This document shows, piece after piece, positions 19,468 to 27,856 of a DNA stretch of 64,000 bases (within the stretch, counting starts at the first letter, position 1; every line of letters starts with the position of its first letter). The stretch covers positions 258,495 to 322,494 of the forward strand of contig CAWUEX030000003.1 in the NCBI GenBank assembly GCA_963921305.4, written 5' to 3'. This stretch comes from Rhodospirillaceae bacterium. Lineage in GTDB: Bacteria; Pseudomonadota; Alphaproteobacteria; Rhodospirillales; Rhodospirillaceae. Under the pieces are notes generated by a model that saw nothing but the letters and a program-made list of their open reading frames with translations, was not told the origin of the DNA and ran no database searches. A program made the position numbers and the translations under genes.

Positions 19468-20298
19468 TCACCCATGGGCCAGGTGCGCGTCGTGCGCGGT
19501 TTGAGCCACCGGTGCCAAGGCTTCAGTGCGCCACCATCCACGGCTTGTGGAAACGACATTACCCACGACGATGAGGGCCGGACTCTCAACCGACTGGCTG
19601 GTGAGAACGTGAGGCAATGTTCGCAATGTACCGTACAAAACCCGCTCTTCCGGCAGGGAGGCCCGTTCCACGACAGCAACCGGTGTCGACGGCTTATACC
19701 CTTTTTCGGTCAACGCGCTGACAAGGTCAGATGCCGTTCCGATACCCATATAGACGACGACTGTTTGCGAACCGCCATCAACCGGTGACAGGTCGGGCAG
19801 TTCTTCCCTGACGTTGTGACCCGTCACAAACGTCACGGCGGACGTGATGTCGCGGTGTGTAAGAGAGAAGGCTGCGCTGGCCGCGGCCGCAGACGCGGCG
19901 GTCACGCCGGGTATGAGCTCGACCTCAATGCCGGCGCGCTGAAGCCCCGAAATCTCTTCTCCGCCACGGGCAAATAAGCTGATGTCACCGCCCTTGAGAC
20001 GAACGACGGACTTACCGGCCTGTGCAGCACCGATCATCTCATCGATTGTGTCTTGCTGAGACTTGGTCTTACCACCAACCCGTTTGGCGGCATCAACCCA
20101 AATGGCGCCATCCCGGAGGAGAGACTGGAGGTCGTCATTCACCAAACCGTCGGCGAACACAATGTCTGCGTTTTCAAGCACCCGCACGGCGCGCTGAGTC
20201 AATAGATCTGGTGCGCCCGGACCGGCACCCACAAGAATGACCTTGCCCTGAGAGGCGGTAGCTTCCGCACGCGGAAACCGGTCTGAGATCGCATTCAT
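19468..20298 (-). CDS. cobA: uroporphyrinogen-III C-methyltransferase (SUMT)
   Basis: VILVGAGPGAPDLLTQRAV motif and tetrapyrrole-methylase length. There is no fused dehydrogenase/chelatase domain. Confidence 0.85.
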   Translation of the reverse strand: MNAISDRFPRAEATASQGKVILVGAGPGAPDLLTQRAVRVLENADIVFADGLVNDDLQSLLRDGAIWVDAAKRVGGKTKSQQDTIDEMIGAAQAGKSVVRLKGGDISLFARGGEEISGLQRAGIEVELIPGVTAASAAAASAAFSLTHRDITSAVTFVTGHNVREELPDLSPVDGGSQTVVVYMGIGTASDLVSALTEKGYKPSTPVAVVERASLPEERVLYGTLRTLPHVLTSQSVESPALIVVGNVVSTSRGWWRTEALAPVAQTAHDAHLAHG

Positions 20299-20502
20299 GT
20301 CCTGGGCCTTCCTCGGTCTGCATCCAGCGGTCGTCGCTGGTGGCGTAAATTTGGCGCAGTTGTGAGGAAGCTGGCGCTCTGGGGGAAGATTCTCCCCCAG
20401 AAAGATGACTTAGACCGATAAATACGGAGTTTTCTTTTTTATTTAGACCATAAAAGAGATGATTGTTCTCTCATTCGGACCTATCGATTGCCGCCTAAAA
20501 GC

Positions 20503-21252
20503 TCAAAAATCAGATAAGAGACGGCCAAAACCGGGCATTTGGTCTTCGATTCCATTGGCGCGCAGAGCATGCCAATACGTCGCCGTGTTGATGGCAATCA
20601 CCGGTTTGCCGAGCCAGGTCTCCGCCTCGGCGGCCAGAGCCACCATGCTGAGATTGGTGCCAACCTGAACAATTGCATCGATATCATCGCCGTTCAGCTC
20701 TTCGATGATCAAAGTTCTGAGACGGTCTTCAGGAACTTCAGCGATAGCCGTCCAACTTGGACACTGGAGGCAGATATCGCGCACGACCTCGAAGCCGCTT
20801 TCTTCGAAATAGCGCTTCACCTCGGCGTTCGCGACAGGATAGTAGGGCGAGATAAACGAGATCTTCTTGACGCCTCCGTAGGCGTTCAGGGCGGCTGACG
20901 TCGAGTGCGAGCCGATACTGATTTTAATTCCAGATTCGTCTTCAACTTTCTTTTGGAAAGCTTCGGCCCCGGCCACGCCATCATAAAAGGTAATCGCGGA
21001 CATCCCCATCACCAGATAATCCGGTGAACAGGTCATGACGCTGCGCACAGCGTCGATTACCCCCTCGGAAATCTTGGTGGTGCCAGCTAAGAACGTCTCG
21101 TTGCTGATCGCCTCTGAGTTGGGGGTGAAAATCCGGCTGTAGTGATTGGTCACGCCGCGCGGACGCATGTCATCGAAATCCGGCTGAACAATTGTGTTGG
21201 TGGAAGGACCCAGAACACCGAATTTTTTGCGCCAGCCTTGGACGTCCCTCAT
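20503..21252 (-). CDS. Asp/Glu racemase-like protein (maleate isomerase / arylmalonate decarboxylase family)
   Basis: N-terminus KFGVLGPSTNTIVQPDFDDMRPRGVTNHYSRI and about 250 aa, as in the maleate cis-trans isomerase-type family. Confidence 0.65.
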   Translation of the reverse strand: MRDVQGWRKKFGVLGPSTNTIVQPDFDDMRPRGVTNHYSRIFTPNSEAISNETFLAGTTKISEGVIDAVRSVMTCSPDYLVMGMSAITFYDGVAGAEAFQKKVEDESGIKISIGSHSTSAALNAYGGVKKISFISPYYPVANAEVKRYFEESGFEVVRDICLQCPSWTAIAEVPEDRLRTLIIEELNGDDIDAIVQVGTNLSMVALAAEAETWLGKPVIAINTATYWHALRANGIEDQMPGFGRLLSDF

Positions 21253-21372
21253 GCTTATCTCCCTTAATCATACGGCCAGTAGAGGACCGAAATTTTTATT
21301 CGTGCTAACGCAAATGAGCCACAACAAAGCCGCGATAACAAGGTTTACGGCGGTCGCGCAGTCGCGCGTTGG

Positions 21373-24300
21373 TCACTTTGCTGGAGGACTAGACCCTGAC
21401 CCATAGCGGCGCCGGCCAGGCGGATGCTTTGCCGGCGGACTGCTGATCGTTTCATCCGCATTGGCCAGCACCTGCATCTGCCGGCTCAGACGCGGAGTCG
21501 AGCGCCGGTTATGGCGCAACCGGTCAGCCCGGGCACTCACAGCAGCAACCGACGATCCCGACTCTGTCAGGTGATAGAGCAGATCGCTCATATCTATAAG
21601 TTTCTCCGCCAATATGTGAATCACCATGCCGTCACGCTGAAGCACGCCCTCGGCATACAAAAGGCTGGCCCGTAAAATCGGCTTGCGAAAGGCTTGAAAT
21701 GTCTTCGGCCAGACGATGAGGTTGGCAACTCCGGTTTCGTCTTCCAAGGTAATAAACACGGTGCCCTTAGCACTGCCCGGCCGCTGCCGGCAGATCGATA
21801 GACCTGCCACAATCACCTTTTGGTTCGCTGGAATATCGGCCAAACGGTCTGCCGTAATCGCACTTCGCGCACTCAGCCGGGACCGTAAAAGAGACAGAGG
21901 ATGATCCCGCAAAGTCAGGCGCAAAGCAGCGTAATCCTCGATCACCTGTTCGCCTGCAGATAAATCTGGCAGCGGTGGCGGCAATTCAAAGACCGCATCG
22001 GCACCAGCCAGCATACCGGATGGCGGTGACTGCGCTTCATCGCTCGCAGCAAAAAGAGGGAGCGGCGAGTCTTTTAAAGCTTTTACAGCCCACAACGCTT
22101 GGCGGCGGCTTAGCGGTTTGCCGTCAGGCTTGAGAGAGGCGAACGCATCCGCCCGTGCCAACTTCTCAAGCGCCTCCAGCAGGCGGCGATTACCCTCTTT
22201 TACTTTCTGCCAAACCTCATATGGATCGCGATACCCCTCACCCCGCGCCGCAACAATCGTTTCAGATTCCTCCTGTTTGAGTCCTTTGACCTGCCTGAAC
22301 CCAAGACGCAAAGCGACCCCCTTGGGCACATCCGCCGGCTCGAGCGTGGAGTCCCACATGCTCGCGTTGATATCGACCGGCCGGACAACCACGCCATGAC
22401 GCTGTGCATCCTGGACAATCTGCGCTGGGGCATAAAACCCCATCGGCTGGCTGTTGAGCAGCGCACACGCAAATGCCGCCGGATAATGACACTTCAGCCA
22501 GGACGAAACGTAGGCCAACAGGGCAAAACTAAAAGCATGACTCTCCGGAAAACCGTATTCACCAAAGCCTTCGATCTGCTTGAAACACCGCTCGGCAAAT
22601 TCCGGCGTATACCCGTTCTGCTTCATGCCGGCGAGAAACTTGGTGCGGAACCCTTCGAGATTGCCATTACGCCGCCAAGCCGCCATCGCCCGGCGCAAAG
22701 CATCCGCTTCATCGGCGCTAAACCCCGCCCCAACAATCGCGATGCTCATGGCCTGCTCCTGAAACAGCGACACGCCCAGAGTGCGCTCAAGCACGCCCTG
22801 TAAAGCCTTGGAGGGATAGACAATAGTCTCCTCACCACGCCGGCGGCGCAGATAAGGATGCACCATGTCACCTTGGATCGGCCCCGGGCGAACGATAGCA
22901 ACCTGAATAACGAGATCATAAAGAGTGGCTGGTTTCAGACGCGGCAGCATGGTCATCTGAGCACGGCTTTCGATCTGAAACACACCTAGAGTATCGGCCC
23001 GTTGCACCATATCGTAGGTGGCCGGATCATCCTGCGGTACTGATGCCAGGGTCAGATGCCGGTGATGGTGAGTTTCGATCAGATCAAAAGCCTTGCGAAT
23101 ACACGTGAGCATTCCAAGCCCAAGGACATCGACCTTAAGAATACCAAGCGCATCAATATCGTCTTTGTCCCATTCGATAACAGTTCTGTCCTGCATCGCT
23201 GCATTTGAGACAGGTACGATTTCAGACAACAGCGCCTGGGTGAGAACAAAGCCACCGACATGTTGTGAGAGATGACGCGGGAAGCCCTTCAGCTGACTGG
23301 CCAGGTCGAGGGTCAGCTTCAAGCGCGTATCCTCGGGATCAAGCCCTGCTTCCCTCGCCTGCTGTTCGGGAATACGCTCCGACGACGAGCCCCATACCGT
23401 TCCCAACAATGCTGAGATCGCGTCCTCCGATAATCCGAGCGCCTTGCCGACATCGCGCACTGCCGACCGGGTGCGGTACGTAATCACGGTCGCCGTCAGC
23501 CCGGCGCGGGTCCGGCCATATTTCTGATAAAGATACTGAATCACCTCTTCGCGGCGTTCATGCTCGAAATCGACATCAATGTCCGGCGGTTCATTGCGGG
23601 CCGCCGAGACAAAGCGCTCGAACAGAAGATCGGTTGAAGCGGGGTCGACCGAGGTAACGCCAAGGCAATAACACACCGCCGAATTGGCCGCCGATCCCCG
23701 GCCCTGACAAAGAATGCCTTGAGCGCGCGCGAAGACGACAATGTCATGCACCGTCAGAAAATACGGGGCATACCCCAGCTTGCCGATGATCGTGATTTCA
23801 TGACGGATCTGATTAGCAACGTCCTCGGGTACACCCGCAGGATAACGCCATGCCGCACCCTCCCAGGCTAACTTCTCCAACTGAGACTGCGGTGTTTCCC
23901 CATCAGGGACCGGCTCGACCGGATATTCGTAACGCAGTTCATCAAGGCTAAAGGTGCAGGCCTCGGCGACCTCAACTGTACGGGCGAGAGCGCCTTTATG
24001 ATTTTGGAAAAGACGCGCCATTTCCAACGGCGGCTTGTGATGCCGTTCCCCATTGCGCTGCAAGCGCAGACCGGCTTGATCGATCGTGCACCGCGCCCGG
24101 ATACAGGTCAGAACATCCAGTAAAGGGCGGCGCACCGGCAGATGCATATACACATCGTTAAGTGCGACCAACGGTGCACCCACCTGCTGCGCAAATTGAT
24201 CGATCTGCCATAGCCGCCGGGCATCGTCGCCGCGGGCATCGGCACAGGCACCGACAGAGAGCGCAGCGCCAAAAATATCTTTGAAATGCCGGAGAGTTTG

Positions 24301-24828
24301 AGAAAAACGCTCAGCATCGGCATCACACAACAAAGCCTTCTCCGGCGTCAGAGCGACAGCCATAACGCCGTCAGACAATACAGACAAATCCTCAAGGGTA
24401 AGAAAGCACTGTTGTTTGGGCGCACGCCGCTTGCCCAGCGTCAGTAATTGGCAAAGCCGGGCATAGGCATCACGGGTCACGGGGTAAACCAGCACACTCG
24501 GACCGTCCGGGCTTTCATGGCCATCCTCGCCACCATGATGGCGTAGATTCTGGGGCAATAAATGCCAGTCGTAGGCTTCCTCCCTCCACTGCCACGACTC
24601 AACTGCGAGTAAATCGAGCCGGCACCCTGGAATGAACTTCACACCCGTATCCCGGCAGGCGACATGACTGCGCACAACGCCTGCCAGAGTATTGCGGTCG
24701 GTCAATGCAACAGCTGCGTGGCCCTGCGCGATGGCAGACTGCGCCAGTTCTTCCGGATGGGACGCCCCGCGCAGAAAGCTGAAGTTACTGGTGACCTGGA
24801 GGTCGACGTATTGCGGTTCGACGGCCAT
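21373..24828 (-). CDS. dnaE2: error-prone DNA polymerase III alpha-like subunit
   Basis: PHP N-terminus YVDLQVTSNFSFLRGASHPEELA, 1151 aa, directly downstream of imuB. Confidence 0.9.
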   Translation of the reverse strand: MAVEPQYVDLQVTSNFSFLRGASHPEELAQSAIAQGHAAVALTDRNTLAGVVRSHVACRDTGVKFIPGCRLDLLAVESWQWREEAYDWHLLPQNLRHHGGEDGHESPDGPSVLVYPVTRDAYARLCQLLTLGKRRAPKQQCFLTLEDLSVLSDGVMAVALTPEKALLCDADAERFSQTLRHFKDIFGAALSVGACADARGDDARRLWQIDQFAQQVGAPLVALNDVYMHLPVRRPLLDVLTCIRARCTIDQAGLRLQRNGERHHKPPLEMARLFQNHKGALARTVEVAEACTFSLDELRYEYPVEPVPDGETPQSQLEKLAWEGAAWRYPAGVPEDVANQIRHEITIIGKLGYAPYFLTVHDIVVFARAQGILCQGRGSAANSAVCYCLGVTSVDPASTDLLFERFVSAARNEPPDIDVDFEHERREEVIQYLYQKYGRTRAGLTATVITYRTRSAVRDVGKALGLSEDAISALLGTVWGSSSERIPEQQAREAGLDPEDTRLKLTLDLASQLKGFPRHLSQHVGGFVLTQALLSEIVPVSNAAMQDRTVIEWDKDDIDALGILKVDVLGLGMLTCIRKAFDLIETHHHRHLTLASVPQDDPATYDMVQRADTLGVFQIESRAQMTMLPRLKPATLYDLVIQVAIVRPGPIQGDMVHPYLRRRRGEETIVYPSKALQGVLERTLGVSLFQEQAMSIAIVGAGFSADEADALRRAMAAWRRNGNLEGFRTKFLAGMKQNGYTPEFAERCFKQIEGFGEYGFPESHAFSFALLAYVSSWLKCHYPAAFACALLNSQPMGFYAPAQIVQDAQRHGVVVRPVDINASMWDSTLEPADVPKGVALRLGFRQVKGLKQEESETIVAARGEGYRDPYEVWQKVKEGNRRLLEALEKLARADAFASLKPDGKPLSRRQALWAVKALKDSPLPLFAASDEAQSPPSGMLAGADAVFELPPPLPDLSAGEQVIEDYAALRLTLRDHPLSLLRSRLSARSAITADRLADIPANQKVIVAGLSICRQRPGSAKGTVFITLEDETGVANLIVWPKTFQAFRKPILRASLLYAEGVLQRDGMVIHILAEKLIDMSDLLYHLTESGSSVAAVSARADRLRHNRRSTPRLSRQMQVLANADETISSPPAKHPPGRRRYGSGSSPPAK

Positions 24829-24834
24829 GGCAAA

Positions 24835-26526
24835 TCACGCAAACAAACCATGCAGATACCAGCGCGGCACGGCTGAGACCTCGCACTGCAACGGAAACGG
24901 CAAATAAAACAGCCAGAAGCGCGTTCCGGTCTCGCTTTCCACGCGCCAATAGTCGCGCACCGCCCCACCGTCTTCGCACAGGGCAAAATAGGACTCGCCG
25001 TCAGGGCTGCGATCCGGCGGCAAGGCACCCCGCCACCATGCGCCGGCGATACGCTCCGGTCCTTCGGCGGCGGCAAGACGATAGAGAGAGCGCCGCCACT
25101 CAAAGCCAGGTAACGGCATGCCGCGGGGCAAAGCGCTGTCGGCAGTAACAGGCAAAATCGGTTCAGGTTTTGGCAACAAGTGGATAGGGCGGCTGCCAGG
25201 ACGTAGAGCACTAATCTCGCCATGAAGGACACGGCGCTCACGTTCGTCAGTTGCCGACACAACAGGCTTTGAGGCCTTTAAAGGCGGTACAAATTTCACT
25301 GCGCGCTCGGGCACGTGATTGTCCTGGCGAGATGGGCGCACAACCCGCCCTGCCCCAAGCCGACCTTCGAGACGATCCACCAACAGCGCAAGATCACGGC
25401 CGGTTGAAGCCGTATTGGCTTTATCCGCCTCGCCAACCTGTGACATCCGCGCTTGGTCTTGCGCCAGAGGGTCGGTCGCCGTAACGGTGAGCAGCAGGAA
25501 CTCGATGCCGAACCCGGCATCGATGCCGTCGAGTTTTTCACGGAACAGACGGAGCAAATGATTCGATTCGCGCACCGCTTGGCCAGTGCCGATGGCGATG
25601 CGCTCCGCCGTATTGTCGACCCGGAACAGTTCACAGGTGAGACGGCGCGCGCCTTGGCGATCCGTCTCCATACGGTCGCATAGATGTTGGAGTAGTTTTT
25701 TAAGTGCCGCTTCGACGTCTTCCGTCCGCCCGATTGGCTCAGGAAAGGCCATACGGGCCACGTAGGGTACGCGTTCCATCTCTGGCGACAATGGCTCATC
25801 AACGCGGCCCATGAATTGATCCAGGCGCAGGCACACCTCGCTGCCAAAGCGACGGGTCATCTGCGCACGCGGCAAGGCCGTCACGTCTGCCAAAGTGCGC
25901 ACACCTAAACGCGCAAGCGTCTCCCGTGTGCGCGGCGTAAGACGCAATCCGGACACCGGCATGTCGGCCAAATCCGAGCGTTGTGTCCCATTGGGCACGA
26001 CAGCGGGCGCAGCCGCAGTGGCCCTGCACCGGGCCAGGGCCCATGCAGCACCAAGCGTTTCCGCTACACCCAAGCGACTGTTGAAACCGAGCCTCTCAAG
26101 ACGAGACCCCAGATCGTTCAGCATCGCCGTCTCACCGCCGAACAGATGCGCGCACCCGGTGATATCGAGCCAGAGACCAGCACCGCCGCGGTCATCAAGC
26201 CCTTCAAGGGCTGCCCAAGGCGTGTACCGCCGCGTCCAAGCCAATATCTGGCCAAGACAGGCCCGGTCTGCATCTGTGTCGGCGTCCATGACTTTCAAAA
26301 CCGGTATAACAGCGCGTGCATCGCTGAGGGATAAGCCAGGCTCAACCCCACCCTCCCGTGCGGCAGGGTTAACGGCCGATAAACGCATGGCCCCGGCCTC
26401 CGCCGCGACCACGGCAAAAGGCTGCTCACGCCACGGCGCGTAAGGCGGCTCTCCCCTGCGCGACGGCAACCGGGTCAGCCGGTCGGTCACGAAGTGGGGC
26501 AGCCAAACGGAGATCACGCGTTTCAT
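24835..26526 (-). CDS. imuB: Y-family polymerase-like protein ImuB
   Basis: Canonical N-terminus MKRVISVWLPHFVTDRL. Lies between imuA and dnaE2. Confidence 0.85.
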   Translation of the reverse strand: MKRVISVWLPHFVTDRLTRLPSRRGEPPYAPWREQPFAVVAAEAGAMRLSAVNPAAREGGVEPGLSLSDARAVIPVLKVMDADTDADRACLGQILAWTRRYTPWAALEGLDDRGGAGLWLDITGCAHLFGGETAMLNDLGSRLERLGFNSRLGVAETLGAAWALARCRATAAAPAVVPNGTQRSDLADMPVSGLRLTPRTRETLARLGVRTLADVTALPRAQMTRRFGSEVCLRLDQFMGRVDEPLSPEMERVPYVARMAFPEPIGRTEDVEAALKKLLQHLCDRMETDRQGARRLTCELFRVDNTAERIAIGTGQAVRESNHLLRLFREKLDGIDAGFGIEFLLLTVTATDPLAQDQARMSQVGEADKANTASTGRDLALLVDRLEGRLGAGRVVRPSRQDNHVPERAVKFVPPLKASKPVVSATDERERRVLHGEISALRPGSRPIHLLPKPEPILPVTADSALPRGMPLPGFEWRRSLYRLAAAEGPERIAGAWWRGALPPDRSPDGESYFALCEDGGAVRDYWRVESETGTRFWLFYLPFPLQCEVSAVPRWYLHGLFA

Positions 26527-27217
26527 TGCACCATTCCACAGTCCATGAACGGGGTTTGCCCTGACGGCACCGGTCGAGAGTCAGATTCCACCTTGGCTGA
26601 CCCAGTCCGGACCACGCGGGCCGCGCCGATGGCACCGCTCCTACCTGCCAGCGCGTTACTGCAGCACTGGCCGTGGCACCGCTGGACCCAGGCTGAAGCA
26701 GGAAAGCCGTGACGCCTGTGCGCTCAGCCGCAAGCTGCAAACGCCGTTCTACTGTCAGAGACAAAGGTGCGGTTAACGCCCCGGCTACAGCGGCGAGATC
26801 GCGGCACGCCAGCCCTTCCTCCATCGCCCACAACGCTTCCGTATCATCCCGGGCGCGGACGAAAATGAGATCGCCTTCCGGCAGACCCAGCATGTCGAGA
26901 CCGGGGCCGTAGAGACTGTCCACCGGTTTGTAGCGGGGAAAACACCACATCACCCTGCCACGTTCTTTCAGCCGGCCCGTCACCGCCGAGACAAATGCCG
27001 CTGCCGTAGGAGCAAACCCCAACGCGCTCAAATCCGCGTCCGCCCCCACCACATGATGCAGACAGCCAAGCGGCAAGCCGCCCCACGGCAAGGTTTGGTC
27101 GATCTCACTCACACCCAGCGGCAAGACCCCCGCCTGATCCCTCACCAGATCTTCAATAGCCTGAACCCGGGAGCGCAGCTGGCTGAGTGTGGCTGCTTTC
27201 TCAAAGGATCTGTGCAT
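26426..27217 (-). CDS. imuA: RecA/SulA-like mutagenesis protein ImuA
   Basis: LPLGVSEIDQTLPWGGLPLGCLHHVVG motif. First gene of the cassette. The ORF runs 101 nt into imuB. Confidence 0.75.
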   Translation of the reverse strand: MHRSFEKAATLSQLRSRVQAIEDLVRDQAGVLPLGVSEIDQTLPWGGLPLGCLHHVVGADADLSALGFAPTAAAFVSAVTGRLKERGRVMWCFPRYKPVDSLYGPGLDMLGLPEGDLIFVRARDDTEALWAMEEGLACRDLAAVAGALTAPLSLTVERRLQLAAERTGVTAFLLQPGSSGATASAAVTRWQVGAVPSARPAWSGLGQPRWNLTLDRCRQGKPRSWTVEWCNETRDLRLAAPLRDRPADPVAVAQGRAALRAVA

Positions 27218-27262
27218 GAACGTCCCTTTCTTGTGAATTTATACAAGTCTTTTTGTATAATT

Positions 27263-27277
27263 GTTCTACTTTTGTTC
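27263..27277. promoter_or_regulatory. alphaproteobacterial-type LexA (SOS) box GTTC-N7-GTTC
   Basis: gttctacttttgttc, 46-60 nt upstream of the imuA ATG. It matches the direct-repeat GTTC(N7)GTTC / GAAC(N7)GAAC consensus. Confidence 0.65.
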
Positions 27278-27366
27278 TTTTTTGGGTATGAGGTCAAGAG
27301 GGATGTTGTGGGCGCTTGACCCCCGCCTTCCTGGGCGACAGGGTGCGCTAAATCCAGGGGGAGCGA

Positions 27367-27816
27367 ATGAGCCCGACCGACAGCGCAGCGGCGGAGATTG
27401 CCGCTATCATCAAAGGCATTTTCAACGCCTTCGCCGATCATGATCCCGACGGCATCGACGGCCATATGCATCCGGACTCAACCGTATGGGATGTGTTTAC
27501 CCCGCACCTCATTTGCGGCCAGGCCGAGCGGGATAAATTTCATGCTGACGATCAAAAGCAGATGCAAGCGCGAGGCCCGCTGACCCTGAATGTCGAAGAG
27601 CCGGTGGTAAACACCTGGGGTGATACGGCCATTGCACTCTATTATCTGGAATATTCCTACGCGCCACCGAACGCGGCCTCAGGCCGGGTACGCATCACAG
27701 ACGTCTTCCGCAAAGTCGGCGGAAAATGGATGATCATGCATCATCACGAGGGAACCGTACCGGCAGGCGTGCCACCTATTACGGAACCGCCGCCCGACAA
27801 GTCCCGTCGCACATGA
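27367..27816 (+). CDS. SnoaL-like / DUF4440 NTF2-fold protein
   Basis: AEIAAIIKGIFNAFADHDPDGIDGHMHPDSTVWD and a C-terminal GGKWMIMHHHE, typical of the NTF2-like fold. Confidence 0.6.
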   Translation: MSPTDSAAAEIAAIIKGIFNAFADHDPDGIDGHMHPDSTVWDVFTPHLICGQAERDKFHADDQKQMQARGPLTLNVEEPVVNTWGDTAIALYYLEYSYAPPNAASGRVRITDVFRKVGGKWMIMHHHEGTVPAGVPPITEPPPDKSRRT

Positions 27817-27856
27817 TATATCGCTTTTCTATCAACCAGCCTCACCAAAACTTGTT

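Noticed and set aside
20379-20400. GC-rich hairpin considered as the rho-independent terminator of the racemase-like gene
   Set aside because: There is no T-tract after the stem on the minus strand and no A/T tract on the plus strand. It is kept only as a possible leader structure of the cobA operon.
24702-25847. 186-aa and 183-aa minus-strand ORFs (24702..25262, 25296..25847) overlapping imuB and the dnaE2 5' end in other frames
   Set aside because: The imuB frame carries the conserved N-terminus and spans the region continuously. The alternative frames give Cys/Arg/Ser-rich, non-protein-like sequence.
21373-27277. imuA-imuB-dnaE2 cassette and the AT-rich cassette at 446..4296, considered as mobile elements
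   Set aside because: No integrase, transposase, tRNA gene, inverted terminal repeats or flanking direct repeats could be seen in the window. Horizontal origin remains possible for 446..4296, but a mobile element cannot be called.
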